From Eledone cirrhosa (Eukaryota): DNA of 64,000 bases. Every line of letters begins with the position of its first letter. Position 1 is the stretch's first letter. The stretch lies in NCBI GenBank assembly GCA_964016885.1, contig OZ024744.1:83018001-83082000 (forward strand), read 5' to 3'. The notes under the pieces were generated by a model, which worked only from the letters and a program-made list of their open reading frames with translations, was not told the DNA's origin and ran no database searches. The position numbers and the translations under genes were made by a program. Positions 27,416 to 41,644 of this stretch are shown here, in pieces.

Positions 27416-28437
27416 CTAGCAGGATGGCCCGGCGTTGCTCGGGATTCTAAACATAGATTGGCATGTTTAACCCTCCTTTCTGAAACAATTCCGTCGTATG
27501 ATGCAGAAGTCCTAATAAAAAGTGAAGTCGCCTTGGGTGAATAGGCAAATAATTTTCCATTAAGATTTTTCAAAAGCATGTAATTGCGTTCCCTCTCTTT
27601 TTCGTTGCTGTTTTTGCTGCTGTTGGTGTGATAGCAGCCGTTGGTCGTACTACTAACATCGTCTCGTCCTTCTTCAGCCAATCGTGTATATCTCCTCCTG
27701 TTTCGTCAGCAATGAGAACAATATTTTCTCTAGGGTTCTTAGATATTTGATATATATGTATCCTTATCGAGCCTCGTGAAATAAATACGTTTGTTTATAT
27801 TTGGTTATTGTGTATGCAAAAATATCTGTACACGAATATATAATTATATATAATTATATATATATATATATAAATATATAACAGTTGAGGTATGTATTTT
27901 ATCTGATTTTATGTATTTCATCTGATGAGGACGTACAGAAAAAACAACACAGTACCTCCGAAATATATATAATAAAACATATATTTTGATTATGTGAATG
28001 TATCCATTTATTAATATTTTGAATAATATATATATATATATCAAAATAACAGATTAAAGTCTAAGCGAAGAATCACTGCTTTCACCCTTAACGGGATCTT
28101 CTGAAACTAAAAAATATCAATCTGTGAACGCAGAAATAAATATTTCGAAAAAGGTTACACACACACTATATATATATATATATATATATACACTATATAT
28201 ACATATATAGACACACACACACACAGATAGTGTCATAATATCGTAATGCAGACAGCCAGACATACAGACAGATATTATAAGGGCGCGACGTTATAGCTAT
28301 CTAGTGCGGTCCCTAGGGTATTGAAAATTTGAAATATGTTTTGCTCAAAACACTCACACGTATTACATGTGTAAAGTTTGAAAAAAATCGGTTTAGGGTG
28401 TCAGACAGACAGATAATCTCTGTTTTAGATATATAGA
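27416..28437 (-). mobile_element. Non-autonomous Helitron-like element
   Basis: A|TC...hairpin CCCGAGCAACGCCGGG...CTAG|T on the - strand, inserted at AT with no TSD; homolog of 197-1708. Confidence 0.75.
27916..27977 (+). ncRNA. Minimal hammerhead ribozyme
   Basis: tttcat-CTGATGA-gga c gtac..gtac c tcc-GAAA-tatata-TA-ataaaa. Confidence 0.7.
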
Positions 28438-28530
28438 TATTTTTAAATATATGTATGCATGCATAGACAAGTCCACGATTTGATTCCCTACGTCTAATAT
28501 TTTTATATCACACACACACACACACACACA

Positions 28531-28611
<81 letters not shown>

Positions 28612-29577
28612 TAGACTCTCTTTCTTCCATCCCACATCCCTCTCCATTTCTCCGATCAATATGAGGTTATATTTTAACCCAACCCTTTGCTATAAATATG
28701 GCACTGAGATTCCTTCAATTTTTGAAAATTCACATATGTATATGGAATCTTCATTTAGTCAGGCACATCTCGTCTATGTTACTGAGAACAAGGTACAATT
28801 ATAAAAAAAAAAAAAAAACTTGTTTAAGATGCAAGCAACGTTTCTTATATGACAAAAAATGTAAAGATTTGAGGGGAGAGAACAATCGATTATATCAATG
28901 CCTGAACCTATCTGGTACTCATTTGATAGTCCCCATAAAGAAGGATGACAGTCAAGTCACTCCCGGCAAGATTGTAATTCTTAAGGAACGTAACAAAATA
29001 ATTACCGCAAAGCAGGCATTTTCTCCGACCCGCTACGAATTTTTCCAATTTACTAGAAATAGGTTCTTATAATAGTTATTGATATAGAGATTTTAGATCA
29101 CGGTGAATGTGATATTCGTGTTACCGCTTTTCGACACGACTAAAGATTGTCTTCCTCTAGGTTATATATATATGATCATACTAAGGATTATGAATTATGA
29201 ATGCTGGGCTTCTAAGATTTAATTGTTATAATTTAAAACTGTCATTATATGCGTTTATATCACAGAATTTCAGTATTTATATATAATCTATATAAATATA
29301 TATAATCTATATAAACGGAAAAATTGAAACGAAATTTCATTTCCCACTCTTAGTACGGCAGTTACTTAAATATAAGTATGTATACGTACATACATATATG
29401 TATACAGACGTACAGTAGTATGTATATATATATACATACATGCACACATATATATATGTACGTATGGATTCACCAAACATTTATTATAATGCTCGGTGTG
29501 TTTGTAAACAAACATCCCGTATTAAGCCGTAGTGTCTAGCAACCACCGTTGCTCGTTTGTTCAACACTGACAAAGGA

Positions 29578-29620
29578 ACGCTGTACTAGTTTCAAGCTTG
29601 TTAGCTATCGTCAGCAACGT
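29578..29620 (-). ncRNA. Minimal type I hammerhead ribozyme
   Basis: acgttg-CTGACGA-t agct aaca agct t-GAAA-ctag-TA-cagcgt. Confidence 0.8.
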
Positions 29621-30004
29621 ATACCTTCCTGCCAGATAGTTGAAGATTCGAAAGTATATACTTTCCTTATGCATATTAACGGCTGAGTAGCCAATTTACA
29701 TATGGATTGGGTTAATCGGCCGGGTGCACCGAAAACGATAAATGGAAAAAATGAAACGAAATTTCATTTTCCACTCTTAGTACGGCTGTTACTTAAATAT
29801 AAGTATGTATACGTACATACATATATGTATACAGACGTATAGAAGTATGTATATATATATACATACATGCACACATATATATATGTACGTATGGATTCAC
29901 CGAACATTTATTATAATGCTCGGTGTGTTTGTAAACAAACATCCCGAATTAAGCCGTAGTGTCTAGCAACCACCGTTGCTCGTTTGTTCAACACTGACAA
30001 AGGA

Positions 30005-30047
30005 GCGCTGTACTAGTTTCAAGCTTGTTAGCTATCGTCAGCAACGT
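30005..30047 (-). ncRNA. Minimal type I hammerhead ribozyme (second tandem unit)
   Basis: Same core as 29578-29620, offset by 427 bp. Confidence 0.8.
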
Positions 30048-31329
30048 ATACCTTCCTGTCAGATTGTTGAACGAGCAACAGTGGTTGCTATACACTACGG
30101 CTTAATACGGGATGTTTGTTTACAAACACATCGAGCATTATAATAAATGTTTGGTGAATCCATACGTACATATATATATATGTGTGCATGTATATATATA
30201 TACGTACTACTGTACGTCTGTATACATATATGTATATACGTGTACATACTTATATATAATCTATATAATTATATATATATATATCAAATATATATATAAT
30301 CTATATAAACTTTTATATTGCAATAAAATCATTAGACACCCTGAACAACGATTACGTGAAACTCGACAAAGCTTGTTTAAAAGGATTCTTGATAAGCCAA
30401 TTTCGATACAGTCTGGTGATCCTACAGATGCTTGATACGCTACCCCATTGTAAGGGACGAATTCTTCGAGTGACCGAGTTGATAATTTTCGAAAGTTGCA
30501 TGTAGCTTGTTGGGATGAAGACTGTGTGGGTACATATATATATATATTTTTTTTATTGTAGCATGTAATGTGGAACGCGGTTGTTCAGGCAAAAATAACT
30601 AACATTGACATTGTGTGCATTAAAAAGCTAGTAAATTTGAAAGTCTATGATATATTTAATCTAGTTTTAATTTATAAAACTCGATAGGAAATCTAAATTG
30701 ATTTTTCTATTGTCTTCGTTCACAGAAACATGAATGTTTGCCTTTACATTTTTCATAATTTATGACTATTTTTTGGAAGACAAATGCTTTCATATTCCTG
30801 GGTACGCCGAAAGTGTGTAATAAATCAGTATTTATATGAAAAACAAACAAGAATTTAGTTGAAAATGTTTGTTACAACCATCAGAGCACCAGCACACCGT
30901 GTGCCCACCAACCCTAACTTATATCTGGCTCGCCCTTTCTTCTATTTCTTCTCTCCCGTTTCTCTATTTCTCTTCTTCTATCGCCAATACAATGACCTAA
31001 ATAGAATGCTTTTGTGTGGCTTTCTCGATATGCTAGAGATGTTAGATAATACACTTTCAAATCACGTACTACTATCTTGAAAATGAAAAATAAAAGAGTA
31101 TCGTACTAGGTATATCTAAAGATATAAGCCTGCACAATCATGTCTGCCATGGTACATATTTTTCTTCTGATTTTATAAACTCACCAGCTGTGTATCACAT
31201 AAGCCATCTACTAATAGCCCACATGTCATATCTACTGTCTTACTCTATACATTCGGCACCCAACAACTTTCAAGAACATCACATATACCACATATGTCTA
31301 CGTAGTAATGGTCGTCTTCATGCATTAGC

Positions 31330-31790
31330 ACCATGACCAAGCTGCGCCTGTACAAGAGCATCGTGCTGCCGACAGTGCTTTACACGAGCGAAACTGGAAG
31401 AGCACGGCAAAGATAGTGAGACGGCTGAACACTTTCCACCAGCGTTGCCTGCGGATGATCTTCTGTGTGTCCTGGCGCGAACGAGTGCGAAACGAGAAAA
31501 TACTGCGGAGAGACGAGTCGTAGGAGCTACAGAAGATGGTCGCGGAGCACCGGTATCGCCTAGCTGGCCATATTTTGCGCCTGTCCAGCGAACAAAACTT
31601 GAAAACAGCGATGAACTGGACTCTACCTGGCGGCAAACAGATGCTGGGTTGCCCCAGGATCCCCTGGCGACGAATGTTTCGAAAAGACCTGAAGGCAGCC
31701 AACATCACTTGGTACGGACCCGAAAAAGCCACCGCTGGTCGTGAACGTTGGCGACTAATTACTGCTTCATGCACCGAACAGCGCTGAAGA
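31330..31790 (+). pseudogene. RTE-clade LINE 3' fragment
   Basis: LYKSIVLPTVLY.SET, FHQRCLRMI, RLAGHILRL, MNW..PR..WRR; frameshifted. Confidence 0.8.
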
Positions 31791-32514
31791 ATCTAAGACT
31801 TAGACTACTACGTAATTGTACCTACTATATAAGTCATCTACCAATAACTAATATGGCGTATCTACTATCTTAGTGTATTTGCCTTGCGTTCACATTTAAC
31901 CTTAAACCTTATCTTCACTACTACAAGTAACAAAAACAAACACAAACTAACCTATTAGAAGCCTATACATGGACGGTCAATTTGCAAGAAATAGCAATTA
32001 TATATAACTGTAAATCCACTCCACCCTCATGAAGAAGAAGAAAAAACGAAACGAAAGTAAAAAATAAAATATAATACACGCGTTGCACACTGTAGTCTGA
32101 GGTACACTAAGCGTGAAACAAACGCGGGGTGGTCATGACTGGAATGTCTTTGATCAGAGGCGACTTGGGGCCAAATAACAATAACAATAACAATAATGTC
32201 AACAACAATATAATATACAAAACAAACAAAACAAAATAAAAAAAAATGTGATTGGCGTCCTAACCGATGAGACATAAATAAAGTGCCTTTACTTCACGCA
32301 TGAAGTCACAGGAAAATATATAAAGAGAAACAACTTGAAGAGAAATACATTTCAGCTGAACTATATACAACGGTTACCATGGAAGAGGCCGTTTCATGTC
32401 CGTAATTTCATTATCTATGAACGCCTGAACGAAATCTTTCACGTACGTTATATGACTGAAAATCATAGAGGCGCAGACTTACATAGTCTCACGCACGGGT
32501 ACATAGAAATACTT

Positions 32515-32601
<87 letters not shown>

Positions 32602-32648
32602 AACGCGCGCGCACACACAAACGCACACACACACATACCCACGCACGC

Positions 32649-32690
<42 letters not shown>

Positions 32691-32838
32691 GTATATATAA
32701 ACACACATACTCTCACACACACACACATACACGCACACGCTGATACGCACACACAAATACACACACATACAGACACAGATGGACAGGCCAAAAGAAACAC
32801 ACTCACATTTATAGATACACAAACATATATCAACAATT

Positions 32839-32869
<31 letters not shown>

Positions 32870-32930
32870 GCATATATCTGTGTTTATGTATGAGCGCGTG
32901 TGTCATACTTTGTTACTTTGTGTATGTATG

Positions 32931-32969
<39 letters not shown>

Positions 32970-33343
32970 AGAGAGAGCGGGACACACATACACACACATC
33001 CACCCACACATGCACACACACACATAGATATTATACTGACATACATAAATACATACGTACTTACATGCATATGTATATAATACATACATACATATATACA
33101 TACAAATAAACAGATATACGTATGAAACTGAATTTTAACCCAGAAGCAACATTACCAGCAGAGAAAATATATACATCATTAGGATAGCTAATGGCCTTGG
33201 GGGGATACCCGAAATAGCAACCGATTTAGATCTCTCAACAAGGAACATAGAGAACCATGCTTAACGGAACAAGTTGTACATGGATACTTGAAAAAAAAAA
33301 AGAAATACAAATCATCAAGGGAATAACTCACACTGGCATGCGT

Positions 33344-33548
33344 CAGTGCCGGATTTAGGACAAATGTGGCCCTATGCTATTTTAGTTATGAGGCCCCTTT
33401 GAACATTTGATATTTGAAAAACATTTGAAAAATTCATCTTAAAAAGTTTTTTTCTGCAGGAAGATGTCCCCCACCCCATCCCGGCCAACGGAACCTTCTG
33501 CTTAAGCACACCTAAGCACAATTGTGTAAATTTGTTAATCGGGTACTG
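33344..33548. mobile_element. MITE
   Basis: TIR CAGTGCCGGATT / AATCGGGTACTG; catgc-containing duplication on both sides. Confidence 0.55.
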
Positions 33549-33829
33549 CATGCTGTCCCAACAAGTTTATCGCATCTCACATTGAAGGTTGCTTCCATGT
33601 AGTCCATGAGCAAGGAATCCTCGACAAATACTTTTCATAGAAGAGGTCGAATATATCAGCCAACAACAGTGTAAAATCAAACGAAAAAATATTAAACAGA
33701 TTATTACAACGAAAACTATGAGACAGAGGCTTAACCTCGATTTCAATATCGCATCATATCTCTTCAACAACATCTACTAAGCACGTCGATACGCATACCG
33801 GATTAATTCTACATTCAAAGGGTAATTAA

Positions 33830-34177
33830 GATAATTGTTTCTACTTTTGGCACAAGGCCAGAAATTACGCCAGTACATTACTGGTACTTTATTTTATCGG
33901 CCCGTAAGGATGAAAGGCAAAGTGAACCTCGGCGGGATTTGAACTCACACCAAAGCATGGCGTCCGACCTTCTACTGATACTGCCAATCCCCATTAAGAT
34001 AATTGTTTCTACTTTTGGCACAAGGCTAGCAATTACCCAGTACATTACTGGTACTTTATTTTATCGACCCGTAAGGATGAAAGTCAAAGTTAACCTCGGC
34101 AGGATTTGAACTCAGATCGTAAAGGGATGTAACTACGCTAGAAAGCGTGTCTGATCCACTACCAATACTGCCAATTA
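33830..34177 (-). mobile_element. Two tandem tRNA-SINE copies
   Basis: Reverse complements of 11510-11705; attaagataat duplication. Confidence 0.85.
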
Positions 34178-34385
34178 TAATAACAGTTAGAAGTTGCTTG
34201 TCGAAAATCATTCCCTGATTAAGACTTAAGGCACACGCCTTTAGAACTAGTACTGCTGTGCCACAACAGAACGCCACATGAAAGTATTTAAGCTTTACAA
34301 CAGAAGATTATGCATGGCTCTGTTTTAAGAAAGTTTCACAGTAGCCTATTATGGAACAACAAGCTTTAAAATATGTCCTGTGAAA

Positions 34386-34580
34386 CAGGCATGTGAAACA
34401 TGCGGCCTGCAGGCACAACTGCGGGCACAACTGCGACCCGCACAAAAGTTTTTACAGCATAAGCATGTTTTATCTTCGTAAAATTAGTTGTAATGTGAGC
34501 AATTAGTTGTCGTGTGTGGCCCTCAGACAAGACATATGTGACCCATGTGACCCTCGCGGATCCACAGTTTGACATGCCTG
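34386..34580. mobile_element. hAT-type MITE
   Basis: TIR CAGGCATGTGAAAC / GTTTGACATGCCTG; imperfect 8-bp TSD ctgtgaaa/ctgtaaag. Confidence 0.75.
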
Positions 34581-35169
34581 CTGTAAAGTATAAGCTTTTG
34601 CATCTCATGATCACAGGAAATATCAACGAAATACCTGACGCATTAAAAGGATAGAGATGCTGGCGAAATAACTAGATATGACAAATAAGTGCAAGTTATA
34701 TAGAGGTAATACCAAAAATGAGATATACATCATAACTACCCGAAAATATCATTATGATACTATTTACTATCATTTACGTTTTCGTCTGCTGACGTCATGA
34801 AACATTTCTATGACGAGTTAAGATTTCCTTGGTTCATTTTATTCATTAAAAAATATTAATGTATGGGGGGGGGGGGCATGCGTAGATTGACTGTAATATA
34901 AATAACCGATGCAGGTTATCATAGGCGAATAACGATTATATTAAAGGTAGGCTTTTACCAATAACCGTTACGTCGAGAGGCAGGCTTTTACAATCTATGA
35001 ACAGGGAGCAAAATAAAATACTCTTCTTCTTCTTCTTCTTCTTCTTCTTCTTCTTCTTCTTCTTCTTCTTCTTCTTCTTCTTCTTCTTCTTCTTCCCGTC
35101 ATCGTTAATGTTATTATTAAGAAAAAAATTATTAATGATTTTAATAATTATCAACAATAATAGCAGAGT

Positions 35170-35400
35170 GCTTCTTCTATACATCCGTTACTGGTGTCAT
35201 AACGAAATTCTTCCTCCAGCTCACCGTCTGGCTTTGCTGCCTGAAATCCCCCTGCGTCCAGCCCGGTGTCATCTTCAAGATCATCCTTCAGTAAGGTGGT
35301 TGGTTTCCCAACTCCTCTGCACGCATCAAGTTTCCAGAAGAGAACTCTGTCAGCAGGTTCATTTTGATGTTTCACATGTCTGGCTAAATCGAGCTTCCTA
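35170..35400 (-). pseudogene. RTE-clade LINE 3' fragment
   Basis: KHQNEPADRVLFW..G.GKPTT..LEDDTGL; GAA tail. Confidence 0.65.
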
Positions 35401-36126
35401 CGCCTTACGATGCCAGAAAGGCGAAGGTGTGAGACCTAGAGCGATTTATTCGCTCTGTGTGTCTTAAAGGTAAAAATATATGACGTTACAAGTATGTCGA
35501 AGACATACCCGCTATAATGAAAAACAATATTTAGGGAAAAAACTTGCCAAATCCTCTTTCAAATGATCGCGTTGCAAACCAGACGTGATGATCTGGAATT
35601 GAAAAAAAATGTTTATATTACTGGATATAAATTGTCCGGCAGATATTAATATAATATTACTGATATATGAGAACATGTTTATACTGAGCCTTGCAAAAAC
35701 TGCAGATACTGCCCCCTCACTATAAGATTTATATGTGGTATTAATTGCTAAATAATAAGATACGTGTCATCACAATTAAGCACAATTAGTATTTAAAAAA
35801 AAAAATTAAGAGAGCAACAACGAATGTCAAGGAAATGTGGATAACAGATTATATACCGGATATCATCCAATCTGAAATAAAAAAGCAGGCTATCGCTGCT
35901 ATAACAGAAGATAAATCAGGCACTCTCCTCATAGCCACGATTGTTATTATCAGCTGATTTTAATATTGTAAATATCAATTCACTCATGATACTAGCATGC
36001 ATGTGTATGTTTACATATATTAATATGGACATAAGATCACACACACACACATGCACACATCTATCTAGCTATCTAGCTATAAATATATATATAAATATAT
36101 ATTTATATATACATAGATATAAATAT

Positions 36127-36171
<45 letters not shown>

Positions 36172-36459
36172 GAAACAGAGAGAGAGAGAGCAAGAAAATG
36201 TGAAGAAATTTCAGATGTTAAAGTCCTTTATTGATAAGGCTGTGATACATATTTCAATGACGACAGTGACCACGTGATTCCGCCTAAACAGTGCCATGAT
36301 CTCATCAGACAGCTTCTTACATAATAAGGTTACGTTCTCAATTCAAATCAAAACGACAAGGGAACGGAGAAAGATGATATTCTCGAAGTCTTCGCTTGTT
36401 CCCTTGTATATATATATATATATATATATATACAAGGGAACAAGCGAAGACTTCAAGGA

Positions 36460-36496
<37 letters not shown>

Positions 36497-36529
36497 AGAT
36501 TTAATGCTCTGAAATAGCGATATATATGT

Positions 36530-36840
36530 GAAGAAAAACATAGAATATTCGAAAATATTCTGTATGTTTATAATAAACATTTTGAAGACCCAATCGCTAT
36601 AGAATAGAATACGTACACAGCTAAGTATTCTATAAGTCTCTAGCTGTGTCATTCTCGATAAAAGCATTGGATATGTAATCCTGATGATTTCTAATAAGAA
36701 TGAAACGCGTAGGTTACTTCCCTTGCTTTTATCGAGAATCTCAAATTGTAATACGTGACGTATTCTATTCTATAGCGATTGGGTCTTCAAAATGTTTATT
36801 ATAAACATACAGAATATTTTCGAATATTCTGTTTTTCTTC
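36530..36840. mobile_element. Fold-back element with a central HHR
   Basis: Arms 36530-36614/36758-36840; inner stem attctcgataaaagca/tgcttttatcgagaat. Confidence 0.8.
36675..36717 (+). ncRNA. Minimal type I hammerhead ribozyme
   Basis: gtaatc-CTGATGA-tttc taataa gaat-GAAA-cgcg-TA-ggttac. Confidence 0.85.
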
Positions 36841-37459
36841 ATATATATATATATATATATATATATACAAGGGAACAGGATATCCAAATAAAGATTCCTT
36901 CTGATGAACGATATCAGACGTTTCTGTTAGAATCGTCTAACTTCGTGAAACCTTGGGTAATGGAATAATTTTATTGTGTTGTGTATTACACACACACACA
37001 CGTACACATACACACACACATAAATACCCCGCCTACACACACACATATATATATATATACATATGCTGAGATACGTGAAGGCACGTTGCTTACTGGTTAA
37101 TTTGTTCTGTTCATGACCGTGAGTTTGATTTCCGGTGGCGAGTTTTGACATTGAGTATAAAAATATATTTTCAGAGGTCAAACAGATACAAATTCATATA
37201 GGTTTGCTATACTAAGATATGTTTTATGTCGATTGTTTTTATTATTAGCTTTATTTTTTTTTATCACTAAAATACAGTTTAACATTGTATTTTAAATTAT
37301 TTTTATCCTTTCTCTTTATTTTCTCATACCAATTTGTTGAAATGTTTCCATATACGAGTACTCCGCGAAGAGTTTTTCCTTTAATACCGCTTGGATAAAC
37401 CATTACTGTTTGCTTTTAGTTTTAATATTAGTTCAATTTTGATATTTTCTTTTTGCATC

Positions 37460-37514
<55 letters not shown>

Positions 37515-37599
37515 ATCGATCGACTTTCGTCAAATCGGACCGAGGAAACAATGTTTCCGTTGGTCTATCCAGTTGCTAGTACTATCTATCGGTCGCAAC

Positions 37600-37731
37600 T
37601 CCAGGTAGAAGGAGCAACGTGAAATAAAGTGTCTTGCTCAAGGACATAACGCATCGCCCGGTCCAGGAATCGAACTCACAACCTCAAGATTGTGAATCCA
37701 ATTATCTAACCACTCAGCCACACGCCTTCAC
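37600..37731 (-). mobile_element. tRNA-derived SINE, second family
   Basis: On the - strand TGGCTGAGTGG (A box) and GAGTTCGATTCC (B box) then cttgagcaagacactt. Confidence 0.75.
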
Positions 37732-37860
37732 TTATATATATATATATGTATGTATATACATATATATATATATATATGTATATATATAATATATATATAC
37801 ATGTATATATATATATATATATCTATATATATATATATATACATACATATATATATATAT

Positions 37861-38029
<169 letters not shown>

Positions 38030-38064
38030 CATACATACATACATACACACATATATATATATAT

Positions 38065-38126
<62 letters not shown>

Positions 38127-38285
38127 TACATATTATTTATTTATTTGTTTGTTTATTTATTTTGTTTCGACCTACTTCTAGAGCATTGTAGATGTTTTTA
38201 ATATATTGTTAATCTGACCTTTGACAAGAGGCGGTCCTGTATTGAAACAATTGCGCAGTTATGAGATAAAACGTCATTAATAAAA

Positions 38286-38370
<85 letters not shown>

Positions 38371-38458
38371 AGAATTAAAATACTAGAGTGTGTTGGAGTT
38401 AAACACCCTCTTCATATTATAGAAATGATAGTATATATTTTTTTAAATAATTTTTATG

Positions 38459-38490
<32 letters not shown>

Positions 38491-38516
38491 CTACGTCTGT
38501 ATATATATATATAAAT

Positions 38517-38548
<32 letters not shown>

Positions 38549-38594
38549 TCAGGGAGAGAGGGAGAGAGAGTGAGAGGCAGGAAAAAGGAGACAA

Positions 38595-38712
<118 letters not shown>

Positions 38713-39125
38713 GAGGATGAGGGTAGTGAGATAAATTTAGATACACATATACATACAAGCGCGTGTCTGATTTTGCATGTATATATATATATACATATAT
38801 ACGTGTAAAATTATATATATATACATATATACGTGTAAAATTATATATATATACATATATACGTGTAAAATTATATATATATGAGTGTGCGCGTATGTGC
38901 GTTTTAGTATTTGAACATATATACATAAACAATTCACTTTAACATACATCTATAATCTCTAGAAATGCTTGGATTCTTTCGGAATACCGATTCTATGATT
39001 CGAAGATTGTATGATTCTATGAACGCTTCTCTCTCATGCTGCTACAGAAGTCACTCAATGAACGGAACTTTTCGAAAGTTCAATATTGATATATTAGATA
39101 TACATCACTGATTACGGGAACATGT

Positions 39126-39221
<96 letters not shown>

Positions 39222-39283
39222 TTATATACATACATATGTATATAGATGTATATATATATAAAAATATATATATATGTGTGTGA

Positions 39284-39317
<34 letters not shown>

Positions 39318-39389
39318 TTATATACATACATATGTAAATATATGTATATATATAAATATATATATATATGTGTGTGTGTGTGTGAGTGT

Positions 39390-39444
<55 letters not shown>

Positions 39445-39584
39445 GCTTATATACATACATATGTATATATATATGTGTATATATATAAATATATATATAT
39501 ATGTGTGAGTGTATATATATATAATATATATATATAAACATATGTATATATATATATATGTATATATATATATCATATTATATA

Positions 39585-39699
<115 letters not shown>

Positions 39700-39757
39700 T
39701 TATATTTGTATATATATATCCACCACATTTTTGTTTACATTCAGATATACAAAGTAT

Positions 39758-39957
39758 NNNNNNNNNNNNNNNNNNNNNNNNNNNNNNNNNNNNNNNNNNN
39801 NNNNNNNNNNNNNNNNNNNNNNNNNNNNNNNNNNNNNNNNNNNNNNNNNNNNNNNNNNNNNNNNNNNNNNNNNNNNNNNNNNNNNNNNNNNNNNNNNNNN
39901 NNNNNNNNNNNNNNNNNNNNNNNNNNNNNNNNNNNNNNNNNNNNNNNNNNNNNNNNN
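39758..39957. other. Assembly gap (200 N)
   Basis: Run of N inside microsatellite. Confidence 1.
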
Positions 39958-40153
39958 GATATATATATATATGTAAATATATATGATATATATGTATATG
40001 TATATATATATATGTATATATATATCTATAGGTACATATATATACATATATATATACATATATATATATACATATATATATGTATATATATATGTATATA
40101 TCTATAGGTATATATATATATATACATATATATATATACATATATATATATAC

Positions 40154-40202
<49 letters not shown>

Positions 40203-40245
40203 CATATATATATACATATATATATATATACATATATATATATAC

Positions 40246-40296
<51 letters not shown>

Positions 40297-40305
40297 CATA
40301 TATAC

Positions 40306-40394
<89 letters not shown>

Positions 40395-40395
40395 C

Positions 40396-40502
<107 letters not shown>

Positions 40503-40761
40503 TGTGCGTGTGTGTATGGGGTTTTGTGTACAGTAGCAGTGTTGGTTGAGATTATCTGAAGAAGAGCGGAACTGATTCATCTTTATCCAAAATTATAGTG
40601 TCAGTCTACGATCAGAAAAGGTCTGCAAGAATTTTTATAAATTTCCTACTGAAACCTATTGATGTGAAGCACATATAAATATAGATAAATGCATATAAAT
40701 TATAAAATCTCAGTAACTTAGACAGGTGTAGATGCAAGCACACACACACAATTACACACAA

Positions 40762-40821
<60 letters not shown>

Positions 40822-40898
40822 GTGTATGAATATCTATATATCTTTCTACCTCTATAACTCTCTCTTTTTTCTGGCTCTCTATGTATCTATCGATCTAA

Positions 40899-40943
<45 letters not shown>

Positions 40944-41008
40944 TCCTCTCTTTCTTTCCTCTCTCTCTCTCTCTCTCTCTCACTCTCTCTCTCTCCTCTC
41001 TTTCTTTC

Positions 41009-41050
<42 letters not shown>

Positions 41051-41351
41051 GTTTGTGTGTGCGTGTGTGTGTGTGAATGTGTTTGAGTGTAACAGTGAGT
41101 GTGTGACTGTGCGTATGCATTGTGTGTGTCTGTATGTGTATGTGCTTATATAAATATAAAGAAGATATGTAGATATGTCTGTGTGTATAAATTGGTCTCT
41201 GTTCTGTGCTGTGCTGACGATTCTGTAAATGTCTGAAACCGAGAATGTTTGTGACGATATTCATTTGTTTACCTACATGATTGCGCACACAAAGACACTG
41301 GTGTTTATATATATATATATAAGTATGTATGTATATATATATATATATAAG

Positions 41352-41387
<36 letters not shown>

Positions 41388-41612
41388 AATGTACGTATGC
41401 ATATGTATAGATGTGTGGTGTGTGTTAGTGTATGTGTGTGTATGTGTGTGTGTGTGGATAAGGAGAGAAAGAAAGACATACAGATAAAGTGAGATCATGT
41501 AAACAAATTCACACACACAAACACACACACACAAACACACACAAACGCACACACACACAAACGCACAAACACAAACACACACTCACACACACACAAACAC
41601 TCACACACACAA

Positions 41613-41644
<32 letters not shown>

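Larger units (their letters stand above)
29311..30255 (-). mobile_element. Retrozyme-like tandem (427-bp unit) plus inverted partial copy
   Basis: Direct repeats start at 29311 and 29738; inverted copy 30066-30255; one HHR per unit. Confidence 0.8.

Noticed and set aside
30382-30422. TTGATAA..GATA motif with ggattc/gatcc flanks
   Set aside because: GAAA and UH are not conserved
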